Below, piece by piece: positions 32,201-41,654 of a stretch of DNA of 64,000 nucleotides. Position numbers and translations under genes: made by a program. Source of the DNA: Balanoglossus misakiensis. Taxonomy: Eukaryota; Animalia; Hemichordata. The notes under the pieces were generated by a model. The model saw only the letters and a program-made list of their open reading frames with translations, had not been told where the DNA came from and did not search any database. Location: assembly GCA_040954595.2 (NCBI GenBank), contig JBECUI020000025.1, forward strand, positions 310,001 through 374,000, in the 5' to 3' direction. The first letter of the stretch is position 1. Every line of letters starts with the position of its first letter.

Positions 32201-33780
32201 GGATGGGAAAACTCATACCAAAAAACTACTTAACATCTGTGTAGTAGTTTTGCGGGGGGGATGGCAATTTTTCTGCACCGGCGGAGCAAATATTGAATCA
32301 AACGCACAGATTTCGCAGTAGTACCTTATACCGCCCCTGATGGGTGGGAGCTGTGGATGGCAAAGCTTATACTAAATTTTAAGTATAAATTTAAGTAAAA
32401 ATTAAAAGAACCCACCCTACAAGATGAATCCCCTCGCTCAAACTTCAAGCAAACGCACACTTTTTGCAGTAGTTATTGATACCACCCCTGAATGGGTGGG
32501 GGCTGTGGATGGGGGAGCTCATACTCAATTTTAAGTATAATTTTAAGTTAAAATTATCAGAAAAAAGCACCCAACAAGATCAACTTCCTCGCTCAAACCA
32601 CAAGCAAACTGCCACTTTTCGTGGTAATTATTGATACCACCCCTTGAAGGGTGGGGGTTGTGGATGGGGGAGCTATATATAAATTTTAAGTAAAAAATTA
32701 AGTATAAAATGTGAGAACACGCCCCTACTGGTAGCAACCGTCCGTGGAAACTTCAAGCAAACGCACAGATTTCGCAGTAATTCTTAATACCACCCCTGAT
32801 GGGTGGGGGTTGTGGATGGGAAAACTCATACCAAAAAACTACTTAACATCTGTATAGTAGTTTTACAGGAGTGCATAGCAATTCTTGTGTGCCGGGGGGC
32901 AAATGTTCAAGCAAACGCACACTTTTCGCAGTAGTTATTGATACCGCCCCTGATGGGTGGGGGTTGTGGATGGCGGGGCTCATACTAAATTTTAAGTATA
33001 ATTTTAAGTTAAAATTATTAAAAGAAAGCACCCAACAAAATCAATCCCCTCGCTCAAACTTCAAGCAAACGCACAGATTTCGCAGTAGTACCTTATACCG
33101 CCCCTGAATGGGTGGGGGTTGTGGATGGCGGCTCTTATACTAAATTTTAAGTATAAATTTAAGTTAAAATTATCAGAAGATCCTACCCTACAAAATCAAT
33201 TCCTTCGCTCAAACTTCAAGCAAACGCACACTTTTTGCAGTAGTTATTGATACCGCCCCTGATGGGTGGGGGTTGTGGATGGCAAACTATATATAAATTT
33301 TAAGTATAAAATTAAGTATAAATTATCAGAAGAAACAACCCAACAAGATTAATTTCCTCGCTCAAACTTCAAGCAAACGCACACTTTTCGCAGTAGTTAT
33401 TGATACCGCCCCTGATTAAGTGGGGTTGTGGATGGCGGGGCTCATACTAAATTTTAAGTATAATTTTAAGTTAAAAATTATCAGAAGAAAGCTCCCAACA
33501 AGATCAATTCCCTCGCTCAAACTTCAAGCAAACAGCCACTTTTCGCAGTAGTACCTTATACCGCCCCTGATTAAGTGGGGTTGTGGATGGCGGGGCTCAT
33601 ACTAAATTTTAAGTATAATTTTAAGTTAAAAATTATTAGAAGAAACTACACTTACTCGAAAGAATCCCCGCCTAACCCTCAATCAAACTGCCACTTTTCG
33701 TGGTAATTATTGATACCACCCCTTAAGGGTGGGGGCTGTGGATGGCAAAGCTCATACCAAAAAACTTGACTTAAATACCA
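29295..33780. repeat. Non-coding tandem array of 30 mosaic units (mostly ~150-156 bp, two of ~108 bp) with a conserved hairpin/G-rich core
   Basis: 30 copies of ATACC(A/G)CCCC..(GGGTGGG|TTAAGTGG)GG(C/T)TGTGGATGG counted between 29336 and 33745; no sustained ORF. Confidence 0.95.
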
Positions 33781-33826
33781 CCTGTGCACGGTGCAGCACA
33801 CCCAAAAACTTGAGGATGGGGCAGCC

Positions 33827-35128
33827 CTACCCCACGCCATTTTTAGCAGCCCAAACAGCCGCACCCCTTGCAGTTTCCTGCCCTGATTGTCGGGGGATAA
33901 CCTGCAGATCATCAAAACAGAGTTCCGTATATCGTTGAACAAGGGGAAGTTTCGTTGCACCACCAGTAATATACAGATGCCGTCTCTTTGCGCGTTCGTC
34001 ATCTGGAACAGCCAGCCAAAGATCATGCAATTCATCCACCATGCCACGAATCATTCCAATGCTGAGCTCCTGTAAGGTAAAATTGCTTTCGGTAAGGTTT
34101 TCTATGCTTGCAAATGTATGCGGATCATTTCTTTTTGCATAAAAAAACGGCTTTACCCTAACAGAAGAAGCAGTCACTTCCAGCCCCGCAAGATAGCGAT
34201 ATATCTCTGCCTCAACCTCGAGTGCCGATTTGGCAGAATCACCGAAGCAACAGGCAATTGATGCAAGAAACTCAACCCAGAGATTAAGCGTTTTCCCCCC
34301 GCAGAGGCTACAACCAACATAAAGAAACTTCTTTTCAACAAACGGCCTTTCTTCAAAAAGAGGATCCGGCAACATCATCTTTTCGTCAGAAAGAAGAGAA
34401 ATCTGCCCGGATGTGCCCAGATTCAGCACAACAGAGCCAATATCAAGCCCTATAGTACCCAATACCCCCGCCTGATTATCCCCGATAGCCTCATACACCG
34501 GAACATCTTGAAAAAACCCCACCGCATCACCCACTTCACGAACCGGAAGAAAAACGTCAGCATGAATATGTAAGGCATCGAGATCCCGCCCACTCAGTCT
34601 ATCGCCTACACCCAATGCATCAGCCTGTGTCGGATGCATGAACGACGGACAACAGCCAGTCAGACAAGCAATCACGAACGTTCCTATATCCACTATGAAA
34701 GCCGTAGATTCAGGAACAATCCCATTACATTGATTATAATAATGAGTTACCAGCCCGTACCCAGTGGCAAGGCGGAGAGACGTCTCCTGATAGATTTTCT
34801 CGCAGTAAGTAATTTTCCCATCACACAACTCATTTCCCCTCTTGTCTTGCCAAGTATAGAGAGGACTGAGAGCCGCAAAGTTCTTGTCGACATACAGCAT
34901 ACCATGCATTTGATTTGCAACCCCGATACCCGAGACCCCGTTGTATTTCTTGAGTAAACGCAGAAGCAAGGTTCGTACAGCTTGGCAGATACACTCGGGA
35001 TCCTGCAATGACTCAAACCCGCTTCCTACCAGTTTCGAGTCATTTACCAGACTCAGTTCATCTATAATATCACCGTTGCAGATTACTGCCGTGATGGTAC
35101 TCGTTCCAATATCAATCCCAATGAACAC
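33827..35128 (-). CDS. FGGY-family sugar kinase (sedoheptulokinase-like)
   Basis: 'IGIDIGTSTI', 'NQMHGMLY', 'LYTWQD.RG', 'IGDNQA', 'NLGTSGQIS'. Confidence 0.85.
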   Translation of the reverse strand: MFIGIDIGTSTITAVICNGDIIDELSLVNDSKLVGSGFESLQDPECICQAVRTLLLRLLKKYNGVSGIGVANQMHGMLYVDKNFAALSPLYTWQDKRGNELCDGKITYCEKIYQETSLRLATGYGLVTHYYNQCNGIVPESTAFIVDIGTFVIACLTGCCPSFMHPTQADALGVGDRLSGRDLDALHIHADVFLPVREVGDAVGFFQDVPVYEAIGDNQAGVLGTIGLDIGSVVLNLGTSGQISLLSDEKMMLPDPLFEERPFVEKKFLYVGCSLCGGKTLNLWVEFLASIACCFGDSAKSALEVEAEIYRYLAGLEVTASSVRVKPFFYAKRNDPHTFASIENLTESNFTLQELSIGMIRGMVDELHDLWLAVPDDERAKRRHLYITGGATKLPLVQRYTELCFDDLQVIPRQSGQETARGAAVWAAKNGVG

Positions 35129-35133
35129 AGTAA

Positions 35134-35982
35134 TTACTTCAAGCCATATTGTTTCATCATATCGGTAATAAAGCTGATGCCCTCATCCAGAAGCACATCA
35201 CCACTGGGAGCAAGCTGCCGCCATACCCAGGTATTATAGTTGTTATCAAGCCCAACGAAGTTTTCCAATCCCGCATAGCCCTTGTAATCAATCTCTTGCA
35301 AAGCCTTGAAAATTTCGTCCCAGTTCACCGTACCCGTACCGGGAATCCCCCTATCATTTTCACATAAATGATAATGAATTAAATCTTTACCCGCCAGTTT
35401 CGTAGCCGCATAAAAACTCTTTTCTTCTATATTCATGTGATAAGTATCCAAGTGAATCCTGATGTTATCCATGTCGATCATTTCTTTCAGGCGCATCCCT
35501 TGTTCCGCGGTATTAATTAAATTCGTTTCATACCGATTGACCGGTTCAATACCGACAGTAATACCACGTTCTTTCGCGTACTGGGCAACTTCTCTTAACG
35601 ATGCAGCAGCATTATCCCAGTTCGCTTGAGTCGGAGCAATATGTTCTTGAGCCGCGAACTCGGAATAGATAACCCCTGAAAAACTTTGTGCTCCGATCCC
35701 TTCCGTTACTTGGACGCAGTCTTTCAGATATTGTATACCAGTTTTTCTCGCCACGTCATTCACAGACGAGATATCCTGACTCTTTTTTAATACCGTAGAT
35801 GTAAGCGCTTCAAGCCCTTGTTTTTCAAGACGTTTCGATACCTCTTTGACGTCAAAAATATCAAGGTCAAGAAGAGGAAGCTCAATAAAATCCACCCCGT
35901 AATCGGAGCATTTATCAATTAAATGAAGTGTATCATTACTCCATCTCGTACACCACGCATAAGCATGTATTCCTAACTTCAT
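35134..35982 (-). CDS. Sugar epimerase, D-psicose/D-tagatose 3-epimerase family
   Basis: 'EPVNRYET', 'HLDTYHMNIEE', 'HLCENDRGIPGTG', 'WRQL'. Confidence 0.88.
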   Translation of the reverse strand: MKLGIHAYAWCTRWSNDTLHLIDKCSDYGVDFIELPLLDLDIFDVKEVSKRLEKQGLEALTSTVLKKSQDISSVNDVARKTGIQYLKDCVQVTEGIGAQSFSGVIYSEFAAQEHIAPTQANWDNAAASLREVAQYAKERGITVGIEPVNRYETNLINTAEQGMRLKEMIDMDNIRIHLDTYHMNIEEKSFYAATKLAGKDLIHYHLCENDRGIPGTGTVNWDEIFKALQEIDYKGYAGLENFVGLDNNYNTWVWRQLAPSGDVLLDEGISFITDMMKQYGLK

Positions 35983-35995
35983 ACGTCCTCCTATT

Positions 35996-36970
35996 CTATA
36001 AAAATTTCTGTATATAGTATCGATAAAACATTACTGCAATTAACAATCCACCCCATAAGGCGACCGCAACAAAGGAAGTAACCCCCAGCAAGTTTAATCC
36101 GCTTGTTATCATCTGTAAGACAATAATTGCCATGACAACACCAAAGACCTTGGCGGTTCCGCCCTCCGGGTCAGTCCCCCCCATTATTGATAACAATGCG
36201 CTCAACAACAAATACGAGGAGCCGTACCGAGCGTTTGCCGAATTGAATCTTGAGAGCATAATAATAGCAGCAAGACCAGCGTAGAAACTGGAAAGCAAGT
36301 ATGCTTTTAACAGGACACGACGAACATTAACCCCGGAGTACTTGCTTGCCTCCAGATTCGAACCAATCATAATAAAATGCCTACCAATAGGTCTATATCG
36401 AAAGACAAGGTATAGGATACAAGAAAAGACTATAAATACAATAAAGGGAAGCGGGATGCCGAACAATTTCCCATTGCCGATTATGAGAAAAATTTGCGGA
36501 AAATCAGATATAACGTATCCCTTTGTAATAGCCAGAGTCAGCCCCTCATAGAAAATCATCGTGCCCAGTGTCGTTAAAATCGGCGAAACACCAATATAGG
36601 CAATGAAGACCCCGTTTACGAAACCCAATAGCAGTGAGACCATCAAGCCTAGTAACAGAATCAGTATAAGCTCCACCCCACCCGCCTCAGGAAGAGTATT
36701 CTTGATAACAAACGCCATAATAACGCAGGATAAATTAGCCGTGCTGATAATAGAAAGGTCAATACCGCCGGTAACCATACTAATCATAATGGCCAGCGTA
36801 AACAGACCAAGTTCCGGCAGTTGAAAAGCAATACTAGTAATATTGGCAGCACTCAAAAAACTTCCGGCTGATAGAATGGACATTATTATTAACACAAGAA
36901 CGAAGCCAATCGGCAGTATTGCAATATCAGCACCCCAGAAACTCATGAAGGACTTCTTATTGTGCAACAT
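35996..36970 (-). CDS. Sugar ABC transporter permease
   Basis: 'TGGIDLS', 'PILTTLGTM', 'IGSN..AS.YSGVN'; start moved to ATG 36970. Confidence 0.9.
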   Translation of the reverse strand: MLHNKKSFMSFWGADIAILPIGFVLVLIIMSILSAGSFLSAANITSIAFQLPELGLFTLAIMISMVTGGIDLSIISTANLSCVIMAFVIKNTLPEAGGVELILILLLGLMVSLLLGFVNGVFIAYIGVSPILTTLGTMIFYEGLTLAITKGYVISDFPQIFLIIGNGKLFGIPLPFIVFIVFSCILYLVFRYRPIGRHFIMIGSNLEASKYSGVNVRRVLLKAYLLSSFYAGLAAIIMLSRFNSANARYGSSYLLLSALLSIMGGTDPEGGTAKVFGVVMAIIVLQMITSGLNLLGVTSFVAVALWGGLLIAVMFYRYYIQKFL

Positions 36971-37970
36971 CAATCGCCCCCTTATGCATTGATTGCCGAG
37001 CCCGAATGGTCGTAATAGCCACACTAATCAGCAGAATTGCACCAATCAGTACCTGATGCCAGAACGCAGGAACCTTCATTAAAGTCAAGCCGTTTTTCAG
37101 AATTGCTACCAACAGCACACCCAATATTGTTCCGGTCATAGTCCCGAGCCCCCCGAATATATTGGCGCCCCCTATAACAACAGCCGCTAATACATCAAAG
37201 TTAAAATTGATGATAGCATTGGGCGCTATTGTTTGGGTCATCATTGCATGCACAATAGATGCCAATGCCGCAATGCCACCGAGAAATGTATAACAAAATA
37301 TCTTTACCCGATTCGTATTGACCCCCGCCCGAACCGCAGCATCTTCGTTTCCGCCAATCGCATATATTTTCCTTCCAAGAATCGTTTTTTTAAGAAGAAT
37401 GTACCCTAATAACGACATACAAAACCAGACAATAGTAAATACGGAAAGCCCGATGGGATTCCCGTGCTTGTTATTAAAACTGATGATATACCAACGGGAA
37501 ATATCTTCAAACCATAATGGGAACCCGTATAACCAGCGACCATCAGAAATAAATTGAATAACACCATAGTATAAATTTAATGTCCCAATTGTGATAATAA
37601 TTGCCGGTGCTTTCAGTTTGTTTATAAAAAGAGCATTGAAACAGCCCAGGGCACAGCCGAGAAGAACCGGCAGTATCAGGATGACGACAACAGGAACCCC
37701 TTGGTTCACTAACAGCAGTCCCAATACGTATTGGCTCACCGTTGCGGTTGCCGTAAATGAAATATCAATGCCGCCGGAAATAAGCACAATAAGAAATCCA
37801 ACCGAACATATTCCTATAAAAGAAGAGCTCTTCAGTATATCAAAGAAGTTTTCCCACGTAAAAAAAACATCCGATTGCAGTGAGATTAAGAAGCAAACCG
37901 CAATGACAATAACAAATAAGACAAACTCATTATTGATTATCAGGGATTTTAATTTAATTTTTGCGAACAA
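36957..37970 (-). CDS. Sugar ABC transporter permease
   Basis: 'ISGGIDISF', 'GRKIYAIGGNEDAA.RAG', 'AAVVIGG'; start moved to TTG 37970 behind a GAGGGGG RBS. Confidence 0.9.
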   Translation of the reverse strand: MFAKIKLKSLIINNEFVLFVIVIAVCFLISLQSDVFFTWENFFDILKSSSFIGICSVGFLIVLISGGIDISFTATATVSQYVLGLLLVNQGVPVVVILILPVLLGCALGCFNALFINKLKAPAIIITIGTLNLYYGVIQFISDGRWLYGFPLWFEDISRWYIISFNNKHGNPIGLSVFTIVWFCMSLLGYILLKKTILGRKIYAIGGNEDAAVRAGVNTNRVKIFCYTFLGGIAALASIVHAMMTQTIAPNAIINFNFDVLAAVVIGGANIFGGLGTMTGTILGVLLVAILKNGLTLMKVPAFWHQVLIGAILLISVAITTIRARQSMHKGAIDVAQ

Positions 37971-37980
37971 TGAGCCCCCC

Positions 37981-39474
37981 TCATGCCAAATTGAACCTTT
38001 GCAATAGGGAATCTTCCTTCTCATCCTGAGGAAAAAATTCATGCACGATTCTCCCCCTATCCATAATCAATACCCGATGACAATTATTCATGACCTCTTT
38101 TACCTCATCGGATATCATTATTATAGCCATGCCCTGCTCTGCCATCAACTTCATTAATTGATGAATATTGCTCTTGGCAATAACATCTATCCCGACAGTA
38201 GGCTCATCAAGAATTAACAACTTAGGGTTTGTTATCAACCATTTTGACAGAACAACCTTTTGCTGATTCCCCCCCGATAGAGTGTCGACCGGCAATTTCG
38301 AATCGGTAATCTTTATATCCAAGTCCTTGACAAAATGGTTCGTATCCAGCTCTATTTTTTTACGATCAAGAAAACGATATTTGTTCAGATATTTTTTCAA
38401 CATGGTTATAACGATATTATTTTCAATGCTCTGCGCCTGCACTAATCCTAAATCTCGTCTATTTTCGGATACATAGGCAATGCCCCTCTTCTTTGCATCA
38501 ACATGAGACCTTATCATTGCCTTTTTTCCCTCAATATAAATCTCGCCTGAATCCTGTTTGTTCATGCCGAAGAGCGTCAATGCCAATTCCGTTCTGCCTG
38601 AACCTAGCAGTCCCGTAATTCCCAAGATTTCACCCTTGGCTACCCTGAGACTAACATCTTTGTAATTGTTTTTTTTTGATAATGCGACCGTTTCAAGTAG
38701 TATCTCACTGTTGGAGGGGATCGGCGTCGGCTGCACATTTATCTCCGTCTGCCCCGTCATGAGCACAGCCAGTTTATCATTGTTTAGTTCATCCGGCGCA
38801 TAGGTTCCAACGTTTTGCCCATCACGCAGTACGGTTACCGCCTCTGCTATTTCAAACACTTCATTTAGTTTATGACTGACAAAAAGAATGGATACCCACT
38901 TTGCCCTTAGTTTTTCAATAACAGCGAATAAGGCATTAACCTCTTTTTGAGTCAGTGAGGAGGTCGGCTCGTCCAAAATCAGCAATGTGAGTTTACCGGT
39001 TAACGAACGTGCTATCTCGACCAGTTGTTGTTGTGCAATCCCTAAATCACCTACTAGACAATGCAAATCGATATCTACAGCAATTTGCTCTAATGCCTGA
39101 GAGGCAATCGCTTCAATCTCTTTCCAGTGAACGATGGACCCTGATTTTTTTATGTACTGTCGGAACGCAATATTCTCTGCAACCGTTAAGTTTGGAAATA
39201 ATGAAATGTCCTGATAAATAACCTGAATGCCTGCCCGTAGCGCAGACTCACAGGTATGTTCATCCTGTCTTTCATTATTAATAAATATTTCACCACCCGC
39301 TTCAGGCAATTCAACACCCGATAATATTTTTATCATCGTTGATTTTCCCGACCCGTTTTGTCCAACTAAACAATGAACAGTACCCGGGCGTAACCGAAAG
39401 TCAATATTCTTGAGTGCCTGTACACCCGGATACTTCTTGCTGATATTCCTGAGTTCAATGCTACATGTCGTCAT
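37981..39474 (-). CDS. Sugar ABC transporter ATP-binding protein (two NBDs)
   Basis: 'GQNGSGKST', 'LDEPT', 'LSGGNQQKVV'. Confidence 0.95.
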   Translation of the reverse strand: MTTCSIELRNISKKYPGVQALKNIDFRLRPGTVHCLVGQNGSGKSTMIKILSGVELPEAGGEIFINNERQDEHTCESALRAGIQVIYQDISLFPNLTVAENIAFRQYIKKSGSIVHWKEIEAIASQALEQIAVDIDLHCLVGDLGIAQQQLVEIARSLTGKLTLLILDEPTSSLTQKEVNALFAVIEKLRAKWVSILFVSHKLNEVFEIAEAVTVLRDGQNVGTYAPDELNNDKLAVLMTGQTEINVQPTPIPSNSEILLETVALSKKNNYKDVSLRVAKGEILGITGLLGSGRTELALTLFGMNKQDSGEIYIEGKKAMIRSHVDAKKRGIAYVSENRRDLGLVQAQSIENNIVITMLKKYLNKYRFLDRKKIELDTNHFVKDLDIKITDSKLPVDTLSGGNQQKVVLSKWLITNPKLLILDEPTVGIDVIAKSNIHQLMKLMAEQGMAIIMISDEVKEVMNNCHRVLIMDRGRIVHEFFPQDEKEDSLLQRFNLA

Positions 39475-39494
39475 CAGCCTCTTACCGGACTACA

Positions 39495-40487
39495 TTAAAA
39501 ACCAAACGAGGCAGCATTTTCTACAGTTACTTGCGATGGAGCATGGAAGGTCAGTATTTTTCCTGTAACCTGTACCTCACCATACTCAGGTAGAGTAGTA
39601 ATATCTGCAGGCCTTTTCCCATTCAGTAATTCTAATGCAATATAAGCCGAATCCAACCCTATCCTATACGGATTACTAATGATGTTTGCATCCAGACTTT
39701 TCTTCTCCAAATAGGAAACTGCTTGAGAGGGGATTGACCCACCAACAATACTTATCTTATCGGTAAGATTCTTTTCTTCTACTGCAATAGAGCCACCAAT
39801 TGCCCCCAGAGAACCGACATACAGGACACCTACTAAGTCATCGTATGCTTGAATCAATTCCAGTGTTTTGCTATGCGCTTCATCAACGCTTTCGGACCCT
39901 TCCAAACGACTAGTTACCTGATACAAGTTCGGATACTTTTCTTCCTGATATGCAACCATTGCATCCGCTCTCGCATTATGCGACTCAACAGTCAGACCAC
40001 CAACCATAATCGCATAGCCACCCGAATCTCCTGCAGACTGTACAAAGGATTCAATATAGTCCCGCCCGACATACTCAGGTATTAAGAACTCAATATCGGC
40101 AATGACGTTTTGCATACTTGCCGCTTCTTGGGAGATCATCAGAATACCAGCATCTAATCCTTTCTGCATAATCGGTTCCAATACCTTTGAGTCATTGGGA
40201 ACAACAATAATGCAACTTGGTGCCCGGGCAATTGCATCTTCCAGTATTCTGGCTTGCTGGGCCGGGTCCGGTTCCGGTGCACCCGCCACAGTAATCCTTA
40301 GGTTGCCGACTTTATCAGCGTAATCATTGAGTCCGTCTGCCATGGCATTAAACCAGGGGATTCCAATCAATTTCGGAATAAAGACAATTTCATGCGTTGA
40401 AGGCCCCGCGACCCCTGCAGCAAAAACTGACGTAACGAATATAATAGTACAAAACATGACAAAAAATAAAAATGTTATTTTTTTCAT
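39495..40487 (-). CDS. Sugar ABC transporter substrate-binding protein (LsrB/RhaS-like)
   Basis: Signal peptide, 'FIPKLIGIPWFN.M..G', 'DPAQQ..ILED.IA'. Confidence 0.85.
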   Translation of the reverse strand: MKKITFLFFVMFCTIIFVTSVFAAGVAGPSTHEIVFIPKLIGIPWFNAMADGLNDYADKVGNLRITVAGAPEPDPAQQARILEDAIARAPSCIIVVPNDSKVLEPIMQKGLDAGILMISQEAASMQNVIADIEFLIPEYVGRDYIESFVQSAGDSGGYAIMVGGLTVESHNARADAMVAYQEEKYPNLYQVTSRLEGSESVDEAHSKTLELIQAYDDLVGVLYVGSLGAIGGSIAVEEKNLTDKISIVGGSIPSQAVSYLEKKSLDANIISNPYRIGLDSAYIALELLNGKRPADITTLPEYGEVQVTGKILTFHAPSQVTVENAASFGF

Positions 40488-40656
40488 TACAAGCCCTCCT
40501 TGATTATTATGAATAATAATTCATTATATTATATTAAATAAGATGTATATAGTCAATGATTTTTTTTTTGTAAAAAACAATACCATCGAAATAATTAGAA
40601 GAATTTATTGTATTATTATTATTATTTTGCTATTCTTTCGTTAAAATGTATCTTAT

Positions 40657-41163
40657 ATGCTAAATAAGCATGACGCCCTCAGTGGGTGGGTCTTTGTATT
40701 TCCATACATAATAGTTCTATGCGTATTTCTGCTGTTTCCTTTTCTGAAGGGAATATGGATTGCACTGCACGAATGGGATCTGCTTCGGGTATTATTTAAC
40801 CCTGATGCAAAGAAATTTGTTGGACTTAATAATTTCATCACTCTGCTTTGGGGAGAAGACCTACGTTGGAGCATCAGCAATAATTGGACTACAAGAATAA
40901 TATTGCTGGCAATTATTGCCTATGTTTTTTATCATAAGAAGAGCGCCACAGGAAAAAATCCAAGTACTTCAACTATTGTTAGTCTAATTATTGTTGCCCT
41001 CATTGCAATCGTCGCTATGGGCATACATCCATCTGAGACTGGAAGATGGAACGATTTAAGATTTTGGGGAATGTTTCAGAACACCTTTGTCTTCGTATTG
41101 ACAACAGTCCCCCTTGTAACAGGTCTGAGTTTATTAGTGGCTGTGGCTTTGATGCGTCTTTGA
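40657..41163 (+). pseudogene. Carbohydrate ABC permease, N-terminal part only
   Basis: 'GWVFVFPY', 'FVGLNNF', 'NTFVFVLTTVPL...SLLVAVAL' then stop; EAA loop and later helices are absent. Confidence 0.75.
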
Positions 41164-41645
41164 AACTATTGGAGCGGGTTTTTGTCTGGGCACGAGCGGT
41201 TGCACTTCTGCAACCAGTCAGTTGTGGAATCTGGAACAATGCCGAAGAATATAACAATATCAATGATATAGCATTACAGAATTCCGATATTATTACATTT
41301 CATAACTATGAACCCCCCGAACAACTACGCCGAGCTATTAGTAAACTCCAAGCAGATGCAAAAAACAGACCACTTATTTGTACCGAATACATGGCACGAA
41401 CTGTAGGATCACTCTTTCAAAGCACCTTGCCCATCTTTAAAGAATATAATATCGGTGCAATAAATTGGGGATTAGTAAACGGTAAAACACAAACACATAT
41501 CCCTTGGAATTTCTTTCCCTCTGCCGACGACGAACCCGCCACCAATCCTTGCTTTCATGACATCTTTTACCCGGACGGAACACCCTACAGTAGGGAAGAA
41601 GTGGAATGTATCCGTCGTATGACTCAGGACGAAAGGGTTCGGTAA
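41155..41645 (+). pseudogene. C-terminal fragment of a GH5-like glycoside hydrolase
   Basis: 'VF.WAR....QP', 'SDIITFHNY', 'RPLICTEYMART', 'GAINWGLVNGKTQT..PW', 'FHDIF..DGTPY'; N-terminal half missing. Confidence 0.7.
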
Positions 41646-41654
41646 CACTGTATA

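Noticed and set aside
29350-33750. Short matches between unit core and CRISPR repeat (GTTGTGG, TGTGGTAG, GGGGCT, TACCAC)
   Set aside because: Only 6-9 nt, in mixed orientation and not colinear; insufficient for homology.
29295-33780. Second CRISPR or TIGR-type array
   Set aside because: The period is far longer and the variable parts are recurring alleles, not unique spacers.
29225-34047. Short ORFs within the ~154-bp array as a repeat protein
   Set aside because: Unit lengths vary out of frame, stops are frequent on both strands and no frame is maintained.
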